Source of the DNA: Candidatus Geothermarchaeota archaeon
GTDB taxonomy: Archaea; Thermoproteota; Nitrososphaeria; Geothermarchaeales; JDFR-13
Reading direction: 5' to 3'
DNA: 64,000 nucleotides
Assembly: GCA_015523545.1 (NCBI GenBank)
Contig: WAKB01000010.1
Location: forward strand, 4,462 to 68,461
Positions 18,201 to 26,431 of the stretch are shown piece by piece. The notes under the pieces were generated by a model that worked only from the letters and a program-made list of their open reading frames with translations, was not told the DNA's origin and ran no database searches. Position numbers and translations under genes: made by a program. The first letter of the stretch is position 1. Every line of letters begins with the position of its first letter.

Positions 18201-19133
18201 TATACCAGGCAACTCGTTATGGAAATAGGTTATTACGTGGAGCTGGAGAACATCATAGTCATTCTTCAGGGCCATAGCCACAGAGCCAGCCGTCTTATCC
18301 TTCCTAATCTTGCTGTTAACCTTTACAATATCCACAAGTTTATGCGTCAGATCATCCTCCCTACGCTCCCCACCCTCGTGCAGTATAGAGGGCCTAACAG
18401 TCAGGGGCGGAACTGGCAACGCCTGGAGTATAAACCACTCAGGCCTTATACAGTCAGCCTTCCTCCCAGCACCATATGCCTGAGCACCAGCCTCACAATA
18501 GAGGCCATAGAGAATAAGCTCCTCATCAGGAATATTCTCAAATACACTCCTGATCTCACTAGGCATCAGCTCTATATGCTCACCATCCTTGGTAACCTTG
18601 AAAAACTTATGAGGCTTCTCAAAGACAATCTTGATATTCTCCTTCCCACAGTTAGGACACCTCTCCGTCTCTGAAGCCTCCTTAACAATCTTCTTCACGA
18701 AGAGATCGTACATGTAGGGGAGATTCTTCCTAAGCTCCCAGGCCCTCTTGATATATCTCTGCTTCTTCTTCGGATCAATCTTGATATGTGAACAGTTCAG
18801 ACAGACACCCTTCAGGATCAGGTAAATATACTCTGCAAAGAGGACGTTGATCACAGGCAGAGCCAGATCTATATGACCAAAATGCCCTGGACAGTGATCC
18901 CTATCATTACCACAGGTTGGGCAGTAGGAATTAGGCTCTGGATTACCCAGCCTAGGATCCAGAACACCACCAGGCATAGGCTCGTCAAGCTCGTTACGTG
19001 GCGACTCATTCGTGATCTCGACCACCGACATGGATCTAATCATCTGTGGGGAGAGAACCCCAAACTTTATCGATGAGATGGTATACCTATGTGCCTGCTC
19101 CTCATACCTCCTAATCTCCCTACCGAAGGACAT
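15231..19133 (-). CDS. rpoA: DNA-directed RNA polymerase subunit A, apparently unsplit (A' and A'' in one 1300-aa ORF)
   Basis: The N-terminal part carries A' motifs, including the zinc-binding CPTCG...[10 protein letters not shown] and the catalytic [15 protein letters not shown]. The C-terminal roughly 400 aa carry A'' motifs ([25 protein letters not shown] ... [25 protein letters not shown]). The reading frame is open through the expected A'/A'' boundary, around nt 16425-16470 ([17 protein letters not shown]). Confidence 0.85.
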   Translation of the reverse strand: [1300 protein letters not shown]

Positions 19134-19134
19134 G

Positions 19135-22100
19135 CTACACCACCTCCTTCACATTGAGTTTGGGATAGATAGTCATACTCTTCAACTCATCTAGAAGGAG
19201 CTTGAAGGCATAGGAGACGTTTACAGGCACGAGCGGAGCATCCGGCCCACATACTGGGCAGACAAACTTATTCTCCCTAGCGTCTAGATAACCCTCCAAC
19301 CCACATTTGGTACAGACAAGGATCGTGGTCTTGTCCGACGCATCTAGAAGACGCTCCTTAACAATCGATGAGGCACCATAAGCCAGGAAGACATCCTTCT
19401 CCATATCACCAATCCTGAGTCCACCATCCCTGGCACGCCCCTCAGTAGGCTGCTTGGTAAGCACCTGGATCGGCCCAACAGCCCTGGCATGCATCTTATC
19501 AGCAACCATGTGGTGCAGCTTCTGATAATACACAATCCCGATGAATATATGGGCCTTAAACTTCCGACCAGTCCTACCGTCATACATGACCTCGGTACCC
19601 TTATACTCGAAGCCCACCGACCTAAGCATCTCAGCCAACTCCTCATAGTTGAAGGAGACGAATGGGGAGCCATCTATAAACCTACCAGCCAAGGCACCAT
19701 ACTTCCCAGCAATAGACTCTAGGAACTGGCCGACAGTCATCCTGGAGGGGAATGCATGTGGATTGATGATCAGGTCGGGTATGATACCATCTGCAGTATA
19801 TGGCATATCCTCAGGATTAGCGAGTAGACCAATAACACCCTTCTGACCATGCCTAGACGCCAGCTTATCACCAAGCTCAGGTATCCTGTACTCCCTCACC
19901 CTAACCATGGCGGTAAGCTCACCATCCTTATTCAGGGTCAGGACAACCTTATCCACAGTGGCCTCGAACTGGTCGAGAGTAATACTACTATCCCTCCTCT
20001 TCTCCTCCCTACCAACCAACTCGCTCAGGAACCTAGGCGGACCCGTCTTACCAATAACCACATCCTCCTTCTTCAACCTAGCCTCCACATAGGGCAGGCC
20101 ATCATCCTCCAGAGACCTATAGTGATCCTCACCCATATAGTTGAGGTTATCCTTACTCGGGATCTCAAACTTATCCGTAACACCACCACCATGCATCTTC
20201 GCCACAGACTCATATGTCTTGTAGAAGAACGATCTGAGCAGACCCCTATCAACAGCCGCCTTATTGATGATCACCGCATCCTCCATATTATAGCTCTCAT
20301 ACGACATTATCGCTACGACGAGGTTCTGACCAATAGGCCTATCATTCAGATAGATCATATCGGTTATACGTGTCTGGACAATAGGGATCTGTGGATACTC
20401 CAGTAGATGAGCCCTACTATCCATCCTAAGCGCTATATTAGTGACCGGTATACCCAAGGCCTGCTTAGCCATAGCCGCCTCATAAGAGTTCCTCGGGCTC
20501 TGGTTATGCTCCGCGAAGGGTATGATAGACGCCGTTATACCCAGGAAGAAGTATGGAGCCAGCTCCAGATGAGTATGCTCAGGCGTCAACTCCTCTGGGA
20601 AGAAGGCTGTCAAGACGTTGAACTCCTCATTAGCATCGATCAGCTCTATAATACCCTGCCTCAAGAGATCGGAGAACTTCAACGTACCATTCCTAACCAT
20701 CTCGATATGCTCCTTAGTTAGGAGCGGCTTACCATTCTCGACCCTTATCAGAGGCCTCAGGACACGGGCACTACTACTCTCGACATATACCTCAGGCCGG
20801 ATCTTCTCATTATCAAACTTCCTCAGAGATATGTTTACATCAGGGGGTATAGCACCCCTACGCCTATAACTCCTAATCCTCTCCACAAACTCCTCAGGAT
20901 CCATAACGAACCCGATGAAGTCACCATTGAGGAAGACCTTAGCACCATTCATCCAGGCCTCCCTAGGAGCCTCCTCGATAGGGATAACACCCTCCTTAAA
21001 GAGTAGCTCAGTCATGAGCTCCGAGGGATGCTCATTAGAGACAACGGCCGATAACGCTAGGTTCTTAACCAGGCCAATGTTCTGCCCCTCGGGACTCTCC
21101 ACAGGGCATATACGCCCGAGATGAGAAGCGTGGACCTCCCTAGCCTCGAACTGTGGACGACTCCTACTAAGCGGGCTCTGAATCCTCCTGAGATGGCTGA
21201 GGGTAGATAAGAAGTTAGTCCTATCCAGCATCTGGGTAACACCAGTAGTCTTCTGCGACCAAGTACCAGTAGCCAGTGCATGGGTAAGCCTATGAGTAAT
21301 CTTGTTCCCCCTCACCAGATACCTCAGGTTTATCCTACCCCTATTCACCACGTTCTTCTGTATGTTATACTGGAGATCCTTCATCAACGACTTGAGAGAC
21401 TTGGCGAATATCTGGCCCAGCAATGGGCCGGCCAGCCTAAGCCTCTTATACGCATAGTGATCACGATCATCAGGCTCCCTATAGCCAAGCCTCAGCTCGA
21501 CAGCCCTCCTAACCATCTCGGCCAAGAGATATGCCTTCCTAAGCCTATACTCAGGACCCATCCCTATGTGTGGGAAGAGATACTTATCCAGTATATGCCT
21601 AGCCCTGTTAATCCTCCTATCCATAGGCTGCTGAGAAGCCTGTGTCCTATTACCTATATAGAGGAGGGCCCTCTCCTGATCCTTAATCTCCCTAAACTTC
21701 CTCACAATCGGGAGGATCACAGCCTCGATATCCGGATCCCCACGGGCAACAGCCTCCACAATATCCCCATCCTTAACAACACCCAGCGCCTTCATCACTA
21801 TGGGGAAGGGGATAGCACTAGTCGTGAAGGGGATAGTCACGACCGCAGACTCCCTCTTCAACGTCACAACCACATGATTCCTAAGACTACCCCTCACCGA
21901 GAGCATCCTAGAGGAGTAGGTAACCGTACTAGACGACTTATCCACACGGGTTATAATAGTGTTCGAGGCGAGGTCCTCCACAGCAACGATGGCCCGCTCA
22001 CTACCATTTATTATAAAATATCCACCGGGATCGTCCGGATCCTCGCCAAGCTTTATGAGGTTCTCCCTAGACTCTCCATGTAGATAACATATCTTAGACT

Positions 22101-22509
22101 TGACCATCACAGGGAGATATCCAAGCTCAACCTCCTCCGTAGACGTCGTACCAGTGATCTTCTTAAACCTAGCCTTAATAGGGGCATAGTATGAATACCC
22201 CTGGAGCCTACAGACAGAGGGGATATATCCATGCTGCTTAGTTATCGAGGCTCCACGGATATCTTTGGTGCTGGGCTGCTCAACCCACACCTCCTCAATC
22301 TGGAATATCCACTCCCCCTGCTCACCAGGCACACGTATCGTACTATTCTCCTCCACGATCTCCTTTAGGATAGTATCTACAAACTCGTTATACGAGTCTA
22401 TATGCTGCTTAGCCAGGCCGAACTCGTTGAGCATAGCCTTAATGACTGGCCAAGTATCGTAGTCATGCTTCTTATAAACGAGATACCTATTGATATCTAG
22501 CCTCTTCAT
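19135..22509 (-). CDS. rpoB: DNA-directed RNA polymerase subunit B (unsplit, crenarchaeal type)
   Basis: 1124 aa with Rpb2 motifs including the C-terminal zinc ribbon CTKCG...CPVCG. Its stop directly abuts the rpoA start. Confidence 0.95.
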   Translation of the reverse strand: MKRLDINRYLVYKKHDYDTWPVIKAMLNEFGLAKQHIDSYNEFVDTILKEIVEENSTIRVPGEQGEWIFQIEEVWVEQPSTKDIRGASITKQHGYIPSVCRLQGYSYYAPIKARFKKITGTTSTEEVELGYLPVMVKSKICYLHGESRENLIKLGEDPDDPGGYFIINGSERAIVAVEDLASNTIITRVDKSSSTVTYSSRMLSVRGSLRNHVVVTLKRESAVVTIPFTTSAIPFPIVMKALGVVKDGDIVEAVARGDPDIEAVILPIVRKFREIKDQERALLYIGNRTQASQQPMDRRINRARHILDKYLFPHIGMGPEYRLRKAYLLAEMVRRAVELRLGYREPDDRDHYAYKRLRLAGPLLGQIFAKSLKSLMKDLQYNIQKNVVNRGRINLRYLVRGNKITHRLTHALATGTWSQKTTGVTQMLDRTNFLSTLSHLRRIQSPLSRSRPQFEAREVHASHLGRICPVESPEGQNIGLVKNLALSAVVSNEHPSELMTELLFKEGVIPIEEAPREAWMNGAKVFLNGDFIGFVMDPEEFVERIRSYRRRGAIPPDVNISLRKFDNEKIRPEVYVESSSARVLRPLIRVENGKPLLTKEHIEMVRNGTLKFSDLLRQGIIELIDANEEFNVLTAFFPEELTPEHTHLELAPYFFLGITASIIPFAEHNQSPRNSYEAAMAKQALGIPVTNIALRMDSRAHLLEYPQIPIVQTRITDMIYLNDRPIGQNLVVAIMSYESYNMEDAVIINKAAVDRGLLRSFFYKTYESVAKMHGGGVTDKFEIPSKDNLNYMGEDHYRSLEDDGLPYVEARLKKEDVVIGKTGPPRFLSELVGREEKRRDSSITLDQFEATVDKVVLTLNKDGELTAMVRVREYRIPELGDKLASRHGQKGVIGLLANPEDMPYTADGIIPDLIINPHAFPSRMTVGQFLESIAGKYGALAGRFIDGSPFVSFNYEELAEMLRSVGFEYKGTEVMYDGRTGRKFKAHIFIGIVYYQKLHHMVADKMHARAVGPIQVLTKQPTEGRARDGGLRIGDMEKDVFLAYGASSIVKERLLDASDKTTILVCTKCGLEGYLDARENKFVCPVCGPDAPLVPVNVSYAFKLLLDELKSMTIYPKLNVKEVV

Positions 22510-22775
22510 CCTATCACCAGCCTATAGTATACGGAGACCCCAGCAGTGGGGCTCCTCCGGATAATCATTATCACATCATCCTTCTTCGCCCCGAGGGCCT
22601 TAACGATCGGATCACTCTTCCTGATGTATGGAAGCTTATACTTATCCCCACCACAATACTTCTCAATGACCTTCTGGGCCTCCTCCTTAGAGAGAATCCT
22701 ATGCTCAGGAACGAGCCTATGGCTCAGAATAATCTTTTTAAGCTTCTCATCAAGCTCATTATCAGAGGACGGCAT
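22506..22775 (-). CDS. rpoH: DNA-directed RNA polymerase subunit H (Rpb5 homolog)
   Basis: 89 aa, HRLVPEHRILSKEEAQKVIEKY...LPYIRKSDPIVKALGAKKDDVIMIIRRSPTAG. It overlaps the rpoB start by 4 nt. Confidence 0.9.
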   Translation of the reverse strand: MPSSDNELDEKLKKIILSHRLVPEHRILSKEEAQKVIEKYCGGDKYKLPYIRKSDPIVKALGAKKDDVIMIIRRSPTAGVSVYYRLVIG

Positions 22776-22857
22776 CTACCTCTACACCCCCCAGGGACGA
22801 CCCACCAACCAGTTAATATGATATGCCAGCATGGTGTCATAAATTTACAAGGTGGGT

Positions 22858-22869
22858 AAATATATAAAT
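22858..22869 (-). promoter_or_regulatory. TATA box candidate (tttatatattta on the minus strand) for the rpoH-rpoB-rpoA operon
   Basis: Perfect AT palindrome taaatatataaa, about 85 nt upstream of the rpoH ATG and downstream of the tRNA-Lys 3' end. This implies a leadered transcript. Confidence 0.4.
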
Positions 22870-22917
22870 CTTACCCCCACAAACCCTGGACAACGTCACA
22901 ATATGGAGACCAGTTAT

Positions 22918-23070
<153 letters not shown>

Positions 23071-23099
23071 CGACCAAATATCACTAACCACAAACCACC

Positions 23100-23109
23100 T
23101 ATTTTAGGA
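23100..23109. promoter_or_regulatory. Shared divergent TATA element for tRNA-Lys (minus) and the diphthine synthase gene (plus)
   Basis: tattttagg sits about 30 nt from the tRNA 5' end and 20-29 nt from the 23129 ATG, which suggests a leaderless mRNA. Confidence 0.4.
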
Positions 23110-23128
23110 TTATACGGGGGATCAGGCC

Positions 23129-23893
23129 TTGACACTCGTACTTGCCGGGATGGGAATATCAGACAGACCCACACTCCCAAGGGAGGTGGTTGAGAAGATC
23201 AATAGCTACTCCAAGATCTACCTAGAGACATACACAAGCCCCCTACCCTATAGTCGCGACGAGCTAGTGGATCTACTAACTGGTAGGAGGCCCATACCAC
23301 TAAGGAGGAGGGACTTGGAAGACGGGATTAGGGATATAATCGAGGAGGCGCGGGAAGAAGATATCCTCATACTAGTCTATGGCGACCCATTGATAGCCAC
23401 GACACATAAGGCCATCCTAATAGAAGCCAGGAGAAACGGTGTGGAGACCAAGGTATACCACAACGCATCATCCTACACAGCCGCAGTCGGAGAGGCGGGT
23501 CTAGACATATACAGGGTTGGAGCCTCAGGAACACTGGTCAGAGGAGGGCTGGAGATGAACAGGAGGAACATAGAGATACTCATCTCCAATCTCGATAGGG
23601 GGCTACACACGCTATACTTCCTCGAGTACGACGCTGAGACTGGATACATGATGCAACCTAGAGAGGCTATAGACATACTCCTACTCCACCCCGAGGCGGC
23701 GTCCCTACTCGAGAAGCCGGAACATATAATAATCGTCCTAACCTCCCTCGGGACTGTGAGGCAGAGAATAGATGCATATAGACACCCCAGGAACATACCC
23801 AGCTACATGGGCAGTGAACCCTCCATAATAATCGTGACGGCCAAGCCACATTTTACGGAGATGGAGTATATAGAGTATCTCTTGAGGGACTGA
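23129..23893 (+). CDS. dphB: Diphthine synthase (Dph5, tetrapyrrole-methylase fold)
   Basis: 254 aa. The N-terminus LVLAGMGISD..IYLETYTSPLP and the central VYGDPLIATTH fit the SAM-dependent class III methylase family. The length matches archaeal diphthine synthase. Confidence 0.6.
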   Translation: MTLVLAGMGISDRPTLPREVVEKINSYSKIYLETYTSPLPYSRDELVDLLTGRRPIPLRRRDLEDGIRDIIEEAREEDILILVYGDPLIATTHKAILIEARRNGVETKVYHNASSYTAAVGEAGLDIYRVGASGTLVRGGLEMNRRNIEILISNLDRGLHTLYFLEYDAETGYMMQPREAIDILLLHPEAASLLEKPEHIIIVLTSLGTVRQRIDAYRHPRNIPSYMGSEPSIIIVTAKPHFTEMEYIEYLLRD

Positions 23894-23897
23894 CCAA

Positions 23898-24497
23898 ATG
23901 GAGACCGTCTCACAGCAGGAGAAGACCGTCCTCGCAAGAATATACCTTAAAAGCCTCGCCAACAGGCTGGGGATAGAGTACCAGCCACAATGCAGTATAA
24001 ACAATGAGATATACTCACGCCTAGAGGAGAAGGGGCTCCTATACCGTGGAAGACTAACACCAGAGGGTAGGAGGAGCATCCAGATAGGCGTGATAGGAGG
24101 AGTATTCGACATACTACATAAGGGCCACATCTACACCCTCAGGGAGGCGAGGAAGCTGGTAGACGCGCTAGTAGTGATTATTGCTAGAGACGCCACAGTC
24201 CTCAAGCTAAAGGGGAAGAAGGCGGTAAACAGTGAGGAGGACAGGAGAGAGGTGGTCTCAGCTCTCAGATATGTAGACCTAGCCATACTGGGCGATGAGG
24301 AAGACTTTACAAAGCCTATCAGGATAGTCCAGCCAGACATAATAATACTTGGTTATGACCAGACCCTCCCACCAGGCATAGATATAGACGTGCTACGCGG
24401 CAGGAAGATAGTGAGGATCAACCTAGAGGTTGAGGGCGTAAAGACTACAGAGATAAAGAGGAGGATAGTCGAGCTCTACCGAGACTCGTTTATATAG
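23898..24497 (+). CDS. Cytidylyltransferase-family nucleotidyltransferase, probable archaeal FAD synthase (RibL-like) with a roughly 60-aa N-terminal extension
   Basis: HxGH-type motif GVIGGVFDILHKGHIYTLREA and a Rossmann-like core. It is convergent with a riboflavin kinase gene. The N-terminal 60 aa are basic and could be a DNA/RNA-binding extension. Confidence 0.45.
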   Translation: METVSQQEKTVLARIYLKSLANRLGIEYQPQCSINNEIYSRLEEKGLLYRGRLTPEGRRSIQIGVIGGVFDILHKGHIYTLREARKLVDALVVIIARDATVLKLKGKKAVNSEEDRREVVSALRYVDLAILGDEEDFTKPIRIVQPDIIILGYDQTLPPGIDIDVLRGRKIVRINLEVEGVKTTEIKRRIVELYRDSFI

Positions 24498-25156
24498 ACC
24501 TCAACCTCAACAACATCCCCATCCCTAAGCTTCAAGGCATCCCTCAGATACACAGGGGCGATAACCTCCAACATGTCGAACCCATATATCGACCTCTCAG
24601 CATATATCACGGCACCCTCAATCTTAGACTGTATCAACGCCCTGAAGGCCCGAACATCCCCAAACACCCTCTCCTTAGTCCTAAAGCCCTTTATATGTAG
24701 ACCCCTGAGCTTCCGTAGAAGCCTGTTCTGATAGACATAGTACGGCTCATTAAGCTTAAGATTCAACGTGCCTGGATAGGGGGTGAAGCCCAACAGTCTC
24801 TCGAACTGGATCACATACCCCTTCCTACTCATGTAGTAAGCCCCCTCACCAAGGCCAGTAACAACGACACCCCTGAAGAAGAACCTCCCAGGCCTCTCAT
24901 AGGCATCATTAATATACCTAATATAGTCATCAACCTCGGCAAGCCCCTTATCAGTAAGCCTAACCCAGAGGGTCCTGTCAACATTACGCTTATCAATCAA
25001 CTCCATCTCGAAAAGCTCCTGCAATATCCTAGACGCACTCTGCTGACTAACCCCGAAGAAGGCCGCGAGCTCACTAGTAGGCACCTTAATGTACTTCTCA
25101 CCAGCCCCGAGCTTATAGAGATCTACCAAGTAGGTCCTGGCCAGCCTCAGGTTCAC
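24476..25156 (-). CDS. ribK: CTP-dependent riboflavin kinase (archaeal RibK) fused to an N-terminal winged-HTH
   Basis: 226 aa. The N-terminus reads ELAAFFGVSQQSASRILQELFEMELI, a wHTH. The C-terminal domain carries the archaeal RibK PGTLN motif (YPGTLNLKL), as in MJ0056-type kinases. Confidence 0.7.
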   Translation of the reverse strand: MNLRLARTYLVDLYKLGAGEKYIKVPTSELAAFFGVSQQSASRILQELFEMELIDKRNVDRTLWVRLTDKGLAEVDDYIRYINDAYERPGRFFFRGVVVTGLGEGAYYMSRKGYVIQFERLLGFTPYPGTLNLKLNEPYYVYQNRLLRKLRGLHIKGFRTKERVFGDVRAFRALIQSKIEGAVIYAERSIYGFDMLEVIAPVYLRDALKLRDGDVVEVEVYINESR

Positions 25157-25761
25157 CTACCACCACCACACACATCAATATACTCCGACTTCAGATTATC
25201 CAACATCCTCTTGACGAAGTCAAGATCCTTCTTATACCCGGAATAGATGTAGCTAGGCACCATATACGAGGAGAGAATCGCCACCAACTCCTCCAACAAC
25301 TCGATAGAGGCATATACATCCTCACACCTACCCCTTATAAGCCATGAGAGGGAGAACCTACGAACCTCACCCGCAAAATCCCTTACACCCTCGATTATCC
25401 ATGTAGGCTCCATCCTACCCAGTAGAGACGAGTCGAGACCCTCACCACTAAGCCATCGATCAAGGAGGAGGAGCTCCACATACTCCCTCATAGCATCCCC
25501 TGCGACCCGGACAAGATACTCCCGATACTCTCTACTAGCCTCTATCAAGCCAAGGATATCCTCCACAATACCCGTCGCCTTCGAGACCGTCTCGGACAGC
25601 CCACCATAGTCCCCCCTATAGGCGTATCCAAACCCCTTCCTCACAATGGAGAGGAGATCCCTACACTTCTTGATAACCTCCTCCCTGAGGGGATCCACCT
25701 CCTCATACCTCTTACCGAGCCTCTCCACACTATCCCTGAGCAGCTCGGTGAGACCCTTCAA
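25153..25761 (-). CDS. Hypothetical all-alpha protein (possibly translin-like)
   Basis: 202 aa with no clear motifs, predicted helical, located upstream of the proteasome beta gene. The family assignment is a guess. Confidence 0.25.
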   Translation of the reverse strand: MKGLTELLRDSVERLGKRYEEVDPLREEVIKKCRDLLSIVRKGFGYAYRGDYGGLSETVSKATGIVEDILGLIEASREYREYLVRVAGDAMREYVELLLLDRWLSGEGLDSSLLGRMEPTWIIEGVRDFAGEVRRFSLSWLIRGRCEDVYASIELLEELVAILSSYMVPSYIYSGYKKDLDFVKRMLDNLKSEYIDVCGGGR

Positions 25762-25779
25762 AGCAAGCCACCCAGAAAA

Positions 25780-26376
25780 CTATATCAAAGACCTCGAGAA
25801 CTCCTCCGCACCCTCACTAGTAATATATACGAGGTCGATTGTATAGCCCGTCAAGACATCCCTCCTAGTAACAGCTCTAAACACCCTTAGGGCTAGGTCT
25901 ATAGCCTCCTCCCTACCCAGATCCTCCCTATAACCAGTATCTAGAATACTCAGAGCAGTCTCCGCACCAGTACCTATAGCCACGTATTGATCCTCCATCA
26001 CAGATCCTAGCGAGTCCAGGGAGTATAGCTCAGGCTCCCTGGAATACCCACCGACAAGAACCTGCGTATAGTACGGCAGCCCCTTACTACTATATAGTAT
26101 CACAGATACAAGCCTAGCTATGGAGCGTACACTCATCTCCCTCTGTAGAAGAAGGGTCCTAGTACCAATGTTATACTCAACCTCCTTCACCAGGCCCTGC
26201 ACATCTGCAATCAACCCGGCAGCAGCGAGGTAGACCCTATCGGTAAGCCGTAGAAGCTTCTTAGCGGTCTGGCTAAAAGCTATATTACCCGTCAGATAAA
26301 GCTTATCCGTAGCCAAGAGGACAGAGTCCCTAGTCCTCAGACCAATAGCCGTGCCCCCCACACCATACTGCGACAT
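25780..26376 (-). CDS. psmB: Proteasome beta subunit (with propeptide)
   Basis: GVGG|TTAIGLRTRDSVLLATDK shows the Ntn Thr active site after a short propeptide. I prefer the internal Met (MSQYGVGG...) at 26376 over the ORF-track start at 26532. Confidence 0.85.
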   Translation of the reverse strand: MSQYGVGGTAIGLRTRDSVLLATDKLYLTGNIAFSQTAKKLLRLTDRVYLAAAGLIADVQGLVKEVEYNIGTRTLLLQREMSVRSIARLVSVILYSSKGLPYYTQVLVGGYSREPELYSLDSLGSVMEDQYVAIGTGAETALSILDTGYREDLGREEAIDLALRVFRAVTRRDVLTGYTIDLVYITSEGAEEFSRSLI

Positions 26377-26431
26377 TCCACAGGCACCCCAACAAATAGT
26401 CCCCAGACATAAAATAAATTGGGGCTTCGAG

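Noticed and set aside
17892-18674. 260-aa plus-strand ORF inside rpoA, along with similar long antisense ORFs within rpoB (19849-20406, 21280-22083) and elsewhere
   Set aside because: They are antisense to strongly supported RNAP genes and rich in Leu/Pro/Arg/Ser, as expected for reverse frames. No motifs.
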